A stretch of DNA of 56,353 nucleotides from an uncultured virus (IMG/VR IMGVR_UViG_3300002026_001292). Taxonomy: Duplodnaviria > Heunggongvirae > Uroviricota > Caudoviricetes. The translations under genes were made by a program, and so were the position numbers. The notes under the pieces were generated by a model, which saw nothing but the letters and a program-made list of their open reading frames with translations, was not told the origin of the DNA and did not search any database. Positions within the stretch are counted from its first letter, which is position 1; the number at the start of each line of letters is the position of its first letter. Positions 1 through 9,868 of this stretch are shown here, piece by piece. The stretch lies in the IMG/VR virus record IMGVR_UViG_3300002026_001292; one strand, written 5' to 3'.

Positions 1-282
1 CCAATCTTCAAATCCCCAAGGAGCAGTATGAGCTGAAAGGTGAAGATCAAATTCATGATGTTTTGGGCAGATAAGAATTCCATTGCCAACATCCCATCTG
101 TATTTAAAAACTCGTCTGGAAATCAAATGATGGGCATTAAGAATTGTGTCATCTGTTGGTATTCCGAGTGATTTGCATATTGGACATTGATTATCGTATT
201 CTAGTTTGACCAGCATACGCCATAATTCATCGCAGAAATTTTTGCCGCTTTTCTTAGGTAAACAGTATTTTTTTGTTGCCAT
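1..282 (-). CDS. HNH/NinG(Rap)-like Zn-binding endonuclease, truncated by window start
   Basis: Manual translation MATKKYCLPKK...CDELWRMLVKLEYDNQCPICK...LNAHHLISRR...RWDVGNGILICPKHH shows CxxC, HH, N and CxxH of the HNH fold; TTGTATAAT lies just upstream. Confidence 0.7.
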   Translation of the reverse strand, partial: MATKKYCLPKKSGKNFCDELWRMLVKLEYDNQCPICKSLGIPTDDTILNAHHLISRRVFKYRWDVGNGILICPKHHEFDLHLSAHTAPWGFEDW

Positions 283-328
283 ATTGTTATTATACAAACA
301 TTTTAGTGTTATTTGAAGATAATTAGTG

Positions 329-742
329 CTATAGATTGATAAGGGTTCGTGATGGATTAATGTTTTTTTCAAATTCCTCTAGTACGCTCAAAATATCACG
401 AATTGAAAAGGGTTTTTTAATAAACCTTATATTTTTGTTTCTTACATCGTCCATAGTTCGCGGCTCTACCTGACCTGATATGATCAATATATTATTAACC
501 TTGCATCCTTTTGATGATAAATCGTTTATGAATTCTATTCCGTTTACTATAGGCATTTCTATATCAGTCATAATTACATCAGTGCATTGAGATTGACCGC
601 AATTGCACTTCTCATTTATAGAAATAGAACATTCTGATGGATTTCTGTAATCAAAAATCTCATATCCCTTTATTTTAACAACTGCTTTCAAAAGGTCTCT
701 GATAGCATCGTCATCATCAAAAATTAATACTCTTATTCTCAT
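329..742 (-). CDS. Stand-alone response regulator receiver (CheY-like) protein
   Basis: VLIFDDD acidic pocket, D-I-E-M-P-x-x-N-G phosphoacceptor motif, ISG and KKPF motifs; Cys-rich insertion. Confidence 0.85.
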   Translation of the reverse strand: MRIRVLIFDDDDAIRDLLKAVVKIKGYEIFDYRNPSECSISINEKCNCGQSQCTDVIMTDIEMPIVNGIEFINDLSSKGCKVNNILIISGQVEPRTMDDVRNKNIRFIKKPFSIRDILSVLEEFEKNINPSRTLINL

Positions 743-855
743 CCGATATAGTACGATGTTTAGACGATATAACCCTTTAAAACAATTAAAGGATTGTATT
801 GATAGATGATTGAAACAATTAATAGTTTTCTAAAAATTGTATAATAGCACAATAA

Positions 856-1104
856 ATGAATATAGAACAAGCAAAACCAGCATTAGTTAGGCAAAGAATA
901 AGCGGCAGAACCCCAAACGGTATGCCGATTAATGATTATGCCTTGGAAGTATTGAATATCTCGATAGAAGATACAGGTAATCATCATATCGAATTTGTTC
1001 AATGCCAGAATCCTAAATGTGGTTTTGTTATATCTATGTTATTGACAGAAGGAGGATGTCCTAACTGTGGGGTTGAGAATTTTTCAACTACTATGCGAGA
1101 TTAA
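856..1104 (+). CDS. Small Zn-ribbon protein
   Basis: CQNPKC...CPNCG; TTGTATAAT upstream. Confidence 0.6.
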   Translation: MNIEQAKPALVRQRISGRTPNGMPINDYALEVLNISIEDTGNHHIEFVQCQNPKCGFVISMLLTEGGCPNCGVENFSTTMRD

Positions 1105-1120
1105 TACTAAGGAGAAAAAA

Positions 1121-1942
1121 ATGAGAGAAATATCAGAACAAGAACAATTGGCGAAATTAATTGGTGGAAGCATTGATGCAGATCCAGTTATAACAGGTGA
1201 CATTCTAGCCGAAGGATTAAAAGCTCAATTAAGCGGAGTAAAGTATTCAGCTCCTGCCAAAGAATCTTCATATAGAGAGGCGTCTAATCAACCACAATAC
1301 GTTCAGGAAGAAGTTCAATATGATTCTGCTATTGTATCTGCATTACAGGATGTACATGGCAATCTAATTTGTGCTTTTTCTGAATGTAAATTAAATAGTA
1401 CAATGGCGAACACTTTGACAGCCCAAATTAATAAGATAGGATCTTGTATCGTCAATATGGGTGGTGAAGCTGAAATGTTCGAACCATTAAATCATGTATC
1501 TGGATTAAAGATGCCTGATACCGTTAAGAATGCCCAAGAAGTGATATCAAGAACCGTCCAATGTTATAGATTGGGAGCCATTAAAGATGCAAAGGTTAAT
1601 GATAAAGGTAACGAGATAAATATTGTTTTCGAAGGAGAAGAAGGCGATACAAGGTATACCGCTTACGGAAGGATTATAGCTAATGCTTGGACTGGAAATG
1701 AAGCTATTGATTATGTATATACTCCTAATGCTGGTAGGATGTCAGTTAAGTCATTCCAAGGGGGTAGATGGATCGATAAGGGGGCTTCTGACGGATACCA
1801 GATATCATGGGAATTAAGCGAAGATAATATTTTAAATGAATCTGCAAAAAATTTAAATGATAAAAAGGAAGTTTCAACAACATTACAGAATGATGAGATA
1901 GAAATTCAAGATGGGGAAGATGATATTGGAAGCCCCATTTAA
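1121..1942 (+). CDS. Hypothetical protein
   Basis: Long ORF; start moved from 1067 to ATG 1121 behind an AAGGAG SD. Confidence 0.7.
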   Translation: MREISEQEQLAKLIGGSIDADPVITGDILAEGLKAQLSGVKYSAPAKESSYREASNQPQYVQEEVQYDSAIVSALQDVHGNLICAFSECKLNSTMANTLTAQINKIGSCIVNMGGEAEMFEPLNHVSGLKMPDTVKNAQEVISRTVQCYRLGAIKDAKVNDKGNEINIVFEGEEGDTRYTAYGRIIANAWTGNEAIDYVYTPNAGRMSVKSFQGGRWIDKGASDGYQISWELSEDNILNESAKNLNDKKEVSTTLQNDEIEIQDGEDDIGSPI

Positions 1943-1983
1943 ATAAAAAGGGATTCCAATATAAATCTGGAATAAAAGTATAT

Positions 1984-3364
1984 CAACTACTCAACGATTA
2001 AACACCATTGAATTTGCAAGACCTTATCTCACAATTAGCCAGTTGATGTGGCTTGCCTATAAGGTTTAATGCACCGTCAATAGGTGCATTAAACGAAACA
2101 GGGAGTTCTACGCCTTTAACTTTCTTTCTCATGGCGTAACGATTTGCAATGTTTATTGATGCATTCCAGTCTGCATCAAAAACCTTGTTATCGCTTGTGT
2201 AATACCTACATCCCTGTCTCTTTCCTTTTTTAATACCTCTATAATCATTTTTGGAGGTATAGGCGGGGTCAACCGTTACCACTATTTTCCCCTGTAGTGG
2301 TGCCTTGTAGGTTAATATTCTTCTCAAATCAAAATATGGAACTTGAGATTGCTTATTGTTGAATTTCTTTCCTCTATTCTTTTCTTTTATTTTGGTTAAA
2401 TCTTCCATTACAATGACATTAGCTTTCGTTTCCAATATTTTGTTTGCAATCAGATAAGATTCGTTTTTGTTCTTGTCGAATTCTTTTCTTTTGAGTGTTT
2501 TTAGTTTTCTTTTTGAAGATCTGGAAAAAGTTGTTTTACTTTTTGATTTCAACATTCTTTTTAGATAACGAAATTTACGTTTCTCTTTCAAGAATTGTTT
2601 GTTCGTAATTGCAATACCTTCTGAAGTGGTTGCCAATCTTTTTATGCCTAAATCAACTCCGATGCAGGAATCTTCTATTAGGGTTGGAGTATTTACCTCA
2701 AAAGAAACTGCCAGCCATATTTGATCGTTTCTGACAAATACAAGTGGGTCACAAACGGAATATTTAGAAAACATTTCTTTGAATTTGTCATATGGAGAAT
2801 ACGAACAAATAATTCTTTTGCCAGTGGTTGTTAGTTTTATTTGATTATTTGGAATAAATATGTATAATCTTTTATCTAGTCTAATTGATAGATTCTCTTG
2901 TATGGCAGGTTCGGTAATTTCATGATGATTAGATTTAATTGTTTTATATGTGGCATATACTGAATCTTTTGCTCTTATAATAACTTGAGATGGGCATTCA
3001 GGGAATAGTTTTCTACATTGGTAATAATTTTTGTCATGTATTAGTTTTTTATCAATTGTTTTTGAATTGAAGACATATTCTGACATATAGTTCCAAACTT
3101 TTTGGTGTTCAAGAAGAAGATTAATTAGAGATTCTTTATCTTCTTGAGATTGGAATTGCAGTTTAATATTATATGTTAATGCGTTCATAATTATGTAATT
3201 CTTTATTTGTTGTAAGATTCCTTTAATAATTTTTAAAAAATAAAAAGGTATAATGTTTTCAAGTAAAGAAAAAATAGAGCAGAAGGAGATGGCGGAGAAG
3301 TTGGTGTTAAATGGTTAATCATTAGCTTGACTCCCCGGCACTGAAGATCCGGGTTTCCGCTCGC
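1984..3364 (-). mobile_element. IS200/IS605-family (tnpB-only) element
   Basis: tnpB ORF; right-end-like hairpin ttcaatggt-gttta-atcgttgag-tagttga (minus strand, ~1983-2012); second end-like hairpin cccgg-N10-ccggg at ~3333-3353; aagtatat present at both junctions. Confidence 0.6.
1998..3188 (-). CDS. tnpB: TnpB-like RNA-guided endonuclease
   Basis: RuvC-I GVDLG, RuvC-II VMEDL, RuvC-III DADWNASINIA; VDPAYTSK; Zn finger degenerate. Confidence 0.9.
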   Translation of the reverse strand: MNALTYNIKLQFQSQEDKESLINLLLEHQKVWNYMSEYVFNSKTIDKKLIHDKNYYQCRKLFPECPSQVIIRAKDSVYATYKTIKSNHHEITEPAIQENLSIRLDKRLYIFIPNNQIKLTTTGKRIICSYSPYDKFKEMFSKYSVCDPLVFVRNDQIWLAVSFEVNTPTLIEDSCIGVDLGIKRLATTSEGIAITNKQFLKEKRKFRYLKRMLKSKSKTTFSRSSKRKLKTLKRKEFDKNKNESYLIANKILETKANVIVMEDLTKIKEKNRGKKFNNKQSQVPYFDLRRILTYKAPLQGKIVVTVDPAYTSKNDYRGIKKGKRQGCRYYTSDNKVFDADWNASINIANRYAMRKKVKGVELPVSFNAPIDGALNLIGKPHQLANCEIRSCKFNGV

Positions 3365-3370
3365 AAGTAT

Positions 3371-3805
3371 ATGAAAATTAGTTCAACATCAAATAATGAT
3401 CAAGGAAGAATATCTTTCGTAGAAAATCTTTATAAGACTTTACGGCAAGAAACTAAAGCTGCAATGAAAGATAGAGACCATGTAGTTGCAACGGCGAGTA
3501 GTTATTTGGATGATGGTGTGACCGAGTCTGAGTGTGTTGAACTGTTAGTAATTGACGGTATTAGTCGCCAAGCAGCGGAAAGTTATGTTAAACTTGCACA
3601 AAGTAATGTTCCTCAAAGTAATGGGCAGCATGAATATAATTTCCAGTTTGAAGATGTCTATGGCAAATTGTGGAGTTCATATGACATCCACCGTGAAGTA
3701 TATGCTTCTAGCGATGAAGAAGCGTGGGAACGTGCTGAAGAGGCAATATTCTCTGATCCATCTATTGAGCCAGAAAGGATTGTCTCAGTAGATAGGATGT
3801 CATAA
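3371..3805 (+). CDS. Hypothetical protein
   Basis: 144-aa ORF translationally coupled to the next ORF. Confidence 0.7.
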   Translation: MKISSTSNNDQGRISFVENLYKTLRQETKAAMKDRDHVVATASSYLDDGVTESECVELLVIDGISRQAAESYVKLAQSNVPQSNGQHEYNFQFEDVYGKLWSSYDIHREVYASSDEEAWERAEEAIFSDPSIEPERIVSVDRMS

Positions 3806-4065
3806 TGCCAAAAAAAGAATTATCTCCTACAACTAAATCTATTCTGACATTATTAAATAATGCTCATGAATTAATTACCATTTCAAGTAGACGTAAAGAT
3901 GCAAAAGATGTAATTCATGCCCTTAAAGCTTACGCGAAGACTAAGAATTATGCTTTGCCAGATGATAAAATCAATAATTTACTTTTGAATTTACTTGATT
4001 GCCGTTCCAACACCTTATCTTATCTGATAACGGATATTGCTCAAACTATTGTAAAACAGCAATGA
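3805..4065 (+). CDS. Hypothetical protein
   Basis: ORF overlapping the upstream stop (TAATG). Confidence 0.6.
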   Translation: MPKKELSPTTKSILTLLNNAHELITISSRRKDAKDVIHALKAYAKTKNYALPDDKINNLLLNLLDCRSNTLSYLITDIAQTIVKQQ

Positions 4066-4087
4066 CTTTAATTCTACCTTGTTTTAA

Positions 4088-4116
4088 AAAGGTAAATTAA
4101 TCAAAAAAACGAATAA
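4088..4116 (+). promoter_or_regulatory. Putative phage-specific promoter AAAGG-N18-GAATAA (representative copy)
   Basis: Same spacing recurs at 1947(+), 3224(-), 11867(+), 11886(-), 23313(-), 27233(+), 42431(+). Confidence 0.6.
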
Positions 4117-4122
4117 TGTTAT

Positions 4123-5835
4123 ATGAAAGTAACTTTATCTAAATCTCAGTGGGAATCTATCGGAATACACTCAGGATGGATGCGTATTGCTAGATTCGGC
4201 GACCAAGTTAAACAATTATATCTTAATCAAGGGATAGAAGAAAGTATTATTGATAGATATATTCAAGATTTTGATGTAATTAGAAAACAAAAACCGAAAC
4301 AATTATTTAACGAGTTACAGAACTTCAACATTCCAAAAGATAAACGTCATGATATCACTTCATACAGAAATTTCAGAGATTTAGAAGTTATTGTAGATTA
4401 TGTCAAAGGACAAAGACAAATAAAAAACAATGACGGCAAAACCTCTCAAACGAATGAAAATGCCAATAAAATCTATGAAGAAAACAATCTTATAATTTAT
4501 AGAGCAGATAACGCTGCACAAGCAATTGATGCTAAAGGTGATTTTGAAGCTAGTTGGTGTGTTTCTGCTCAAGGCACTAACAATATGTTCAATTCTTATA
4601 AATATGCAAAAGATGGCAATGAACCAACTTTTTATTTTGTTAAAGATTTAGATGCATCAAAAGACAATCCTTATAGATTTTTTGTTATTCAAACGGTGAA
4701 TAATGGATATATTGTTACTAGTGCCAATAATGATGGCGACAAGCCTATGTCATGGGAAGAAATTGTAAAAGCTCAACCTAAATTAGATGGCAAACAAAAT
4801 ATAATAAAATGGATTGCAATTCCTCAAGAAACTAAAGAAAGATTACAGAAATATGAGGCAATAAGTGATGATGATTTTAAATCACTTCCTTATGAACAGA
4901 AAAAAGAATATATTGAATATATAGGATTTAGAGGAATAAGTGATGCAAAGTTTAGTTATTTACATGATGACTTAAAGAATTTATATATTAATTTCGGATT
5001 AGATTTAACCGAAAATCAATTTAATGAGATAAAAAATAATAAACAATTATATGATAGATATGCTGAGATGTGGGCGAGAAAAATTGAAAAAGAAGTAAAT
5101 ACCTATAAACGCTGTCCAAAAGAATTTAAAAACGATCCTAGAATTCAAGAAGCTCATTTAAATGGATGGATAAATGCAATTAGCATACTTCCTCAATATT
5201 ATAAACACTGTCCAAAAGAATTTAAAAACGATCCTAGAATTCAAGAAGCTCATTTAAATGGATTGGTTGAAATGATTAAAAAGTATCCAAGTGCTTATTA
5301 TAGAGATTGTCCAGAAGAATTTAAAAATCATCCTAGAATTCAAGAAGCTCGTTTAAGCGGATGGATAAAAACAATTGGCGACGATCTAAATGATTATAAA
5401 AAATGTCCAGAAGAATTAAAAAACGATCCTAGAATTAAAGAAGCTTATTTAAACGAATGGGTTGAAAAGATTACAAATCATCACCCATCTTTTTATGAAG
5501 ATTGTCCAGAAGAATTAAAAAACGATCCTAGAATTAAAGAAGCTTGTTTAAACGGATGGGTTGAAAAAATTACAAATCGTCCAGATTATATAAATTATAA
5601 ACATTGTCCAGAAGAATTTAAAAATCATCCTAGAATTCAAGAAGCTTATTTAAATGGATGGATAAAATGGATTAAATATTATCCACCTGCTTATGATGAA
5701 TGTCCAAACCAATTCAAAAATCATCCAGAAATATTAAATGTATTGCCTGAATCCATGAAACCCAATCAAATAATTTCTTCTAATCGTTTATTCAGCTCTT
5801 ACTTTAACGATAACTATATAGGTAAGATATCATGA
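4123..5835 (+). CDS. Protein with C-terminal 32-34-aa tandem helical repeats
   Basis: Seven CP(E/K)E(F/L)KN(D/H)PRI(Q/K)EAxLNGW-type repeats; central SWCVS...F..Y segment. Confidence 0.8.
   Translation: MKVTLSKSQWESIGIHSGWMRIARFGDQVKQLYLNQGIEESIIDRYIQDFDVIRKQKPKQLFNELQNFNIPKDKRHDITSYRNFRDLEVIVDYVKGQRQIKNNDGKTSQTNENANKIYEENNLIIYRADNAAQAIDAKGDFEASWCVSAQGTNNMFNSYKYAKDGNEPTFYFVKDLDASKDNPYRFFVIQTVNNGYIVTSANNDGDKPMSWEEIVKAQPKLDGKQNIIKWIAIPQETKERLQKYEAISDDDFKSLPYEQKKEYIEYIGFRGISDAKFSYLHDDLKNLYINFGLDLTENQFNEIKNNKQLYDRYAEMWARKIEKEVNTYKRCPKEFKNDPRIQEAHLNGWINAISILPQYYKHCPKEFKNDPRIQEAHLNGLVEMIKKYPSAYYRDCPEEFKNHPRIQEARLSGWIKTIGDDLNDYKKCPEELKNDPRIKEAYLNEWVEKITNHHPSFYEDCPEELKNDPRIKEACLNGWVEKITNRPDYINYKHCPEEFKNHPRIQEAYLNGWIKWIKYYPPAYDECPNQFKNHPEILNVLPESMKPNQIISSNRLFSSYFNDNYIGKIS
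5113..5733 (+). repeat. Coding tandem repeat, 7 units of 96-102 bp
   Basis: Units start tgtcca at 5113, 5209, 5308, 5404, 5503, 5605, 5701; conserved ~55-nt part followed by a variable part. Confidence 0.9.
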
Positions 5836-6290
5836 GAATATATAGGATAGCAGAAGATACGGTTCCTAAATTTAACACAGATAAAGATGAGTTTTTATTA
5901 ACTTCTCCAAAAATTGGCGATATCGATCCAGAAAGTGGGTTTAGAATCGAGCAATATGATGGGTCTAGTGGGGAATTAATTCCAGCATATAACCTTTTAG
6001 AAGTTTTTCAAAAGCAAAAATATGCATATATACCAGTAAGCACTTCCCATATTGATTTTACTCCGACAAAAATAAACTATCTGGATATTACCCCTACACA
6101 ATTACATGTTTCATATGAATATGCTCAAAAGTATAGAAACGATCCACCCTTTGATTTGCCAAAAGTATTATTCGTTAAAAAATACAATAAATTTTTTGCT
6201 ATGGATCATACTCGTATAGTCTCGCAGATACTTAATGGTAAAAAAGATGTAGACGTACAATTAGGAACATGGAGAGCATGGAGTTCATAA
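5832..6290 (+). CDS. Hypothetical protein
   Basis: 152-aa ORF with ATGA overlap. Confidence 0.65.
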   Translation: MRIYRIAEDTVPKFNTDKDEFLLTSPKIGDIDPESGFRIEQYDGSSGELIPAYNLLEVFQKQKYAYIPVSTSHIDFTPTKINYLDITPTQLHVSYEYAQKYRNDPPFDLPKVLFVKKYNKFFAMDHTRIVSQILNGKKDVDVQLGTWRAWSS

Positions 6291-6411
6291 TTCTGTATGC
6301 AAAAAACTTTATCTAAATCAGAATTGACAATTATATAGGTAAACTATCGTAAAAACAGCAATGAAAAATTGTATAATAAGTTCATAACAAAACTTATTAA
6401 GGAGCAATTAA

Positions 6412-7104
6412 ATGGAACCTGAAGACTCTATGGAAGCTATTAGCCCTGTCTCAATGAATACCATCTCAGGCGGAGACCAAATCGATAGACTTTTATCTCA
6501 AGCGGTAAATATTGGCAACAACATGGTTTTGCATGAGCCTACATGTATGATTTGTTCAAGCCCATATAGAGAGGAAATTGAGCAAAAGCATCTAGAAATA
6601 AAAAATTATGCCGAAACAATAAAACTGTTTGAAGAAAAAACAGGCAATAAAGTAAGTAAGGGCGTAATAGAGAATCACATGAAGTTTCATCACGATAAAG
6701 AGATGAGAGAACTTCAGAAAATTGAATATATTGACCGTATCAAACGTCATTCTGGTCAAAACCTTACAACGCTAGATCGAATATCTATTTGTTTCTCTAT
6801 TGTCTCCGAAAGACTTATGGGGATAAATAGCGTCATCCCATCTGCGGACGAAAGTATAGCGACAATTGAAAAGATGAAAAGTTCTGAAACCGCCCGTTTA
6901 ATGGGAGTGTTAAATAACCTATTGAAGTTACAAGCTGGAATTTTAGGTGAAATGAAATCTTCTGGAGAACTAATTAGTATTCCAGCAAATGATTTTGTAC
7001 AGATAATCAATAAAGCTTTATCTGAATGTCAAACCGATAGAGAGAGAAAATTGGTTAAAGGAATAATCGATAGTCTTGACGTTTTAAGTAGAAGAGCACA
7101 ATAA
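6412..7104 (+). CDS. Hypothetical protein with CxxC...H..H Zn-binding motif
   Basis: CMICSSPYREEIE...NHMKFHH; AAGGAG SD. Confidence 0.7.
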   Translation: MEPEDSMEAISPVSMNTISGGDQIDRLLSQAVNIGNNMVLHEPTCMICSSPYREEIEQKHLEIKNYAETIKLFEEKTGNKVSKGVIENHMKFHHDKEMRELQKIEYIDRIKRHSGQNLTTLDRISICFSIVSERLMGINSVIPSADESIATIEKMKSSETARLMGVLNNLLKLQAGILGEMKSSGELISIPANDFVQIINKALSECQTDRERKLVKGIIDSLDVLSRRAQ

Positions 7105-7126
7105 TTATCCACTGAAAGTTATTATT

Positions 7127-8059
7127 TTGAAAACCATCGAAGAAATATATTTATCTAAAACTGCTGGAGATTTGTGGGATGAGTTTAATAAACCGTCCCA
7201 ATCAGATGCTATACTCTCGTTTACTAATGGGAATAATTACAATATACGATTAATAGGGCCATTTATTAACGCAGAAAGAATATTTTTACATCCATCGTTA
7301 GAGCTTGCGAATAAATTAAGTCCTCTTGAATTTAAAATGATATTGCAAGGGAATTCCAACGTTTGCGATAGAATTGTTCATAAGGTTTTAAATAGTGCTC
7401 CAGATAATGTCAGAACATGTTTGCATGTCAAGTCTATTAGTGATATAAAGAGCGATAGTTCTATTGGAAAACAAATAATTGAAACAGTTAATACACTTAT
7501 AAAAATGAATAGCAAGCATAAGTGGCAATCCGTTGTATTATCTAATGCTGTTCTTATTAATGGAATGACAATGCATTGTAACCCTGCTATTGTATGCTTA
7601 CATAATCAATTGTGTGACCAAATAACCAATTCTTTCAATTCTTTACATCCCCATAAACAGGCAAAAAAAATAAGCGGATTATATGCTCATAATATATCAA
7701 TTTCTAAAGAAGGTAAAGGATTTAGCTCGCAATATATTGTCAAATTATCTGACAAAGAAGAATTTTTACCTAAAAACTTGGAGAGGTTAGTCCTCAACAA
7801 AGGGTTGCTAGATATACCTCAATATGTCAAATTATCGAATAATAAAGTCGCTTCTAAAGACAGTATGAAAGGATTTATATATCGGGTAGTTTCAGATTAT
7901 AAAATGTCGGATGAATTAATGAAAGAAGTTTTCGTGCAAGCAACCAAAATTGAAGACATGAACGAAATGGATATAGTGGATAAAAACCTGTCTGATTTGC
8001 CATTGGATTCTTTCGAACATCGTGTTAGTGATAACCCAATATGTAGTTTAGAACTTTGA
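7127..8059 (+). CDS. Hypothetical protein, possibly a divergent ssDNA-binding protein
   Basis: 310-aa ORF; GNNYNIRLI and ISKEGKGFSSQYIV segments loosely recall gp32-like SSBs (weak). Confidence 0.5.
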   Translation: MKTIEEIYLSKTAGDLWDEFNKPSQSDAILSFTNGNNYNIRLIGPFINAERIFLHPSLELANKLSPLEFKMILQGNSNVCDRIVHKVLNSAPDNVRTCLHVKSISDIKSDSSIGKQIIETVNTLIKMNSKHKWQSVVLSNAVLINGMTMHCNPAIVCLHNQLCDQITNSFNSLHPHKQAKKISGLYAHNISISKEGKGFSSQYIVKLSDKEEFLPKNLERLVLNKGLLDIPQYVKLSNNKVASKDSMKGFIYRVVSDYKMSDELMKEVFVQATKIEDMNEMDIVDKNLSDLPLDSFEHRVSDNPICSLEL

Positions 8060-8101
8060 AAAACTGTATAATATTCAAAGATGCTGAAAAAAGGAGTAAT
8101 T

Positions 8102-9148
8102 ATGGAAAGTATAAAAGGAGAGACTTTTAATGAAGTTATGTTCGTTCCTCAGTATTCAGAAGTGAAAAGCAGAAGTAACATAAGTACATTGACGGATATG
8201 GGGGAATTCAAACTTGATTTGCCATTGATTTCAGCTAATATGAGTGATATCAGTGGACCTAAAATGGTGGCTAGAATGTGTAAAATGGGAGGTCTTGGGA
8301 TTTTACATCGTTTTGGAACCATTGAAGAAAACGTTAGTGATTTCAAAGAGGCAGAAAGACTAATAGCAGCCGAAGGTATTTATTCTAACCAACCTGAATG
8401 GCTTACAACAGAATATTCCATTGGGGTGTCGGTTGGAGTCAAAGAATATGAGAAAGAACGTTTTATAGCTCTTTATGAAGCTGGAGCAAATTTGTTTACG
8501 GTAGATGTTGCTCATGGACATCATATTCTTGTAAAGGAAATGATTCAATTTATGCGAGAACGAGCTGGTAAAAATATTTGTATTATAGCTGGTAATGTGG
8601 CAACGCCTGAGGGGGCTAGAGATTTGCGAGAATGGGGTGCAAATATTTCCAAGTGCGGAATTGGTCCTGGCTCGTGTTGCATGACTAGACGCAATACAGG
8701 CGTTGGGGTTGGTCAATTGAAAGCGATTCGTGATATAAGACAGCAATATCCCGATATGGTTATTATTTCCGATGGAGGAATTAAGCATTATGGTGATCTT
8801 CCGAAAGCATTGAAATACGCAAATGCTGTAATGGTTGGCTCTTTGATAGCTGGAACGTCTGAAACACCTGGTCATGTATATGAAAACGAGAATGGGGAAC
8901 ATTACAAGGTTTATGGTGGTTCTGCTAGTGGAGAAAGAAAAGTTGACAATGGTGGACAGAACGCTTTCGTTGAAGGTGTTGTGAAGACTGTTAAATTCAA
9001 AGGTAAGGCGAAATATATTCTTCAAAAGGCAAAAGAGAGCATCCAGACTTGTATTTCTTATTCGGGAGCAGATACACTTGAAGAATTCAGGAATGCATCT
9101 GTTTTAGTTGACATTAGTTCTGGTTCAAAATCTGAAAGTAAACTATGA
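8102..9148 (+). CDS. guaB: IMP dehydrogenase/GMP reductase family protein without CBS domains
   Basis: [30 protein letters not shown], catalytic [20 protein letters not shown] motifs; guaB versus guaC not resolved. Confidence 0.85.
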   Translation: MESIKGETFNEVMFVPQYSEVKSRSNISTLTDMGEFKLDLPLISANMSDISGPKMVARMCKMGGLGILHRFGTIEENVSDFKEAERLIAAEGIYSNQPEWLTTEYSIGVSVGVKEYEKERFIALYEAGANLFTVDVAHGHHILVKEMIQFMRERAGKNICIIAGNVATPEGARDLREWGANISKCGIGPGSCCMTRRNTGVGVGQLKAIRDIRQQYPDMVIISDGGIKHYGDLPKALKYANAVMVGSLIAGTSETPGHVYENENGEHYKVYGGSASGERKVDNGGQNAFVEGVVKTVKFKGKAKYILQKAKESIQTCISYSGADTLEEFRNASVLVDISSGSKSESKL

Positions 9149-9357
9149 ACTATTCCACAATTAAACCATCAGATTTTATGGATCTTACGAAGATATTTCA
9201 AAAAGGTGAAGGGAAATATAGTTTTGCAAATGATCCTGAATCGCGTCTTTTTGGAATTATAGAAATGGGTGGCAATTTCAATCAGTATATATGCGGTTAT
9301 GATGATTTTTCCGATCAACAAAGGGAAGAGATAAATGAATTACTATCTAAAAGATAA
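9145..9357 (+). CDS. Hypothetical protein
   Basis: Coupled small ORF (ATGA overlap). Confidence 0.55.
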   Translation: MNYSTIKPSDFMDLTKIFQKGEGKYSFANDPESRLFGIIEMGGNFNQYICGYDDFSDQQREEINELLSKR

Positions 9358-9868
9358 AAAAGTATATTTAAGCGGACCTATTCTCAATTCTGCTGATGAT
9401 GGCGTAAAGTGGAGAGAACATGTTACGCCAAGATTGCAGGCATTTGGATTGGAAATATTAGATCCTTGCAAGAAACATATTGCACTTGGTGATGAGAAAA
9501 TTAACGAAATAGGGGAAAGTAAGAAGAAATTCAGGGAACTTATACTTAATGAAAAATGGGAAGAGGTAAAAAAAGACTTCTGGCCGATAGTGAGAACTGA
9601 TTTAAGATTGGTTGATAAGTGTGATTTTATAATTTTAGATCATGACCCGACAGTACCGACAGTAGGAACAATTCATGAGTTGGTGGTGGCTACATTTGAA
9701 AAGAAAGTTATATTGTTGAAGTATAATAAGTCTCAGTTAGATGCGTTTAACCCTTGGATGGCAACATTTGTAAAGTCTCATCATTTCTTCTCAACATGGG
9801 ATGCGATGTTTGATTATCTAGAGAAAGTAAATCGCGGAGAATTAGATACATCATATTGGATATTATGA
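9335..9868 (+). CDS. Nucleoside 2-deoxyribosyltransferase-like protein
   Basis: VYLSGPI...WRE, DP, DLRLVDKCD, GTIHEL motifs. Confidence 0.75.
   Translation: MNYYLKDKKVYLSGPILNSADDGVKWREHVTPRLQAFGLEILDPCKKHIALGDEKINEIGESKKKFRELILNEKWEEVKKDFWPIVRTDLRLVDKCDFIILDHDPTVPTVGTIHELVVATFEKKVILLKYNKSQLDAFNPWMATFVKSHHFFSTWDAMFDYLEKVNRGELDTSYWIL

Noticed and set aside
5113..5733. CRISPR-like repeat/spacer appearance
   Set aside because: All periods are multiples of 3 inside an open reading frame, the conserved part is ~55 nt and degenerate, and the variable parts are homologous at protein level. No cas genes are present.
6305..6320. actttatctaaatc match to the start of ORF 4123
   Set aside because: A 14-bp AT-rich match that could be chance.
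8360..9025. 221-aa minus-strand ORF and similar antisense ORFs throughout the track
   Set aside because: These are shadow frames of well-supported plus-strand genes, with no motifs or RBS.
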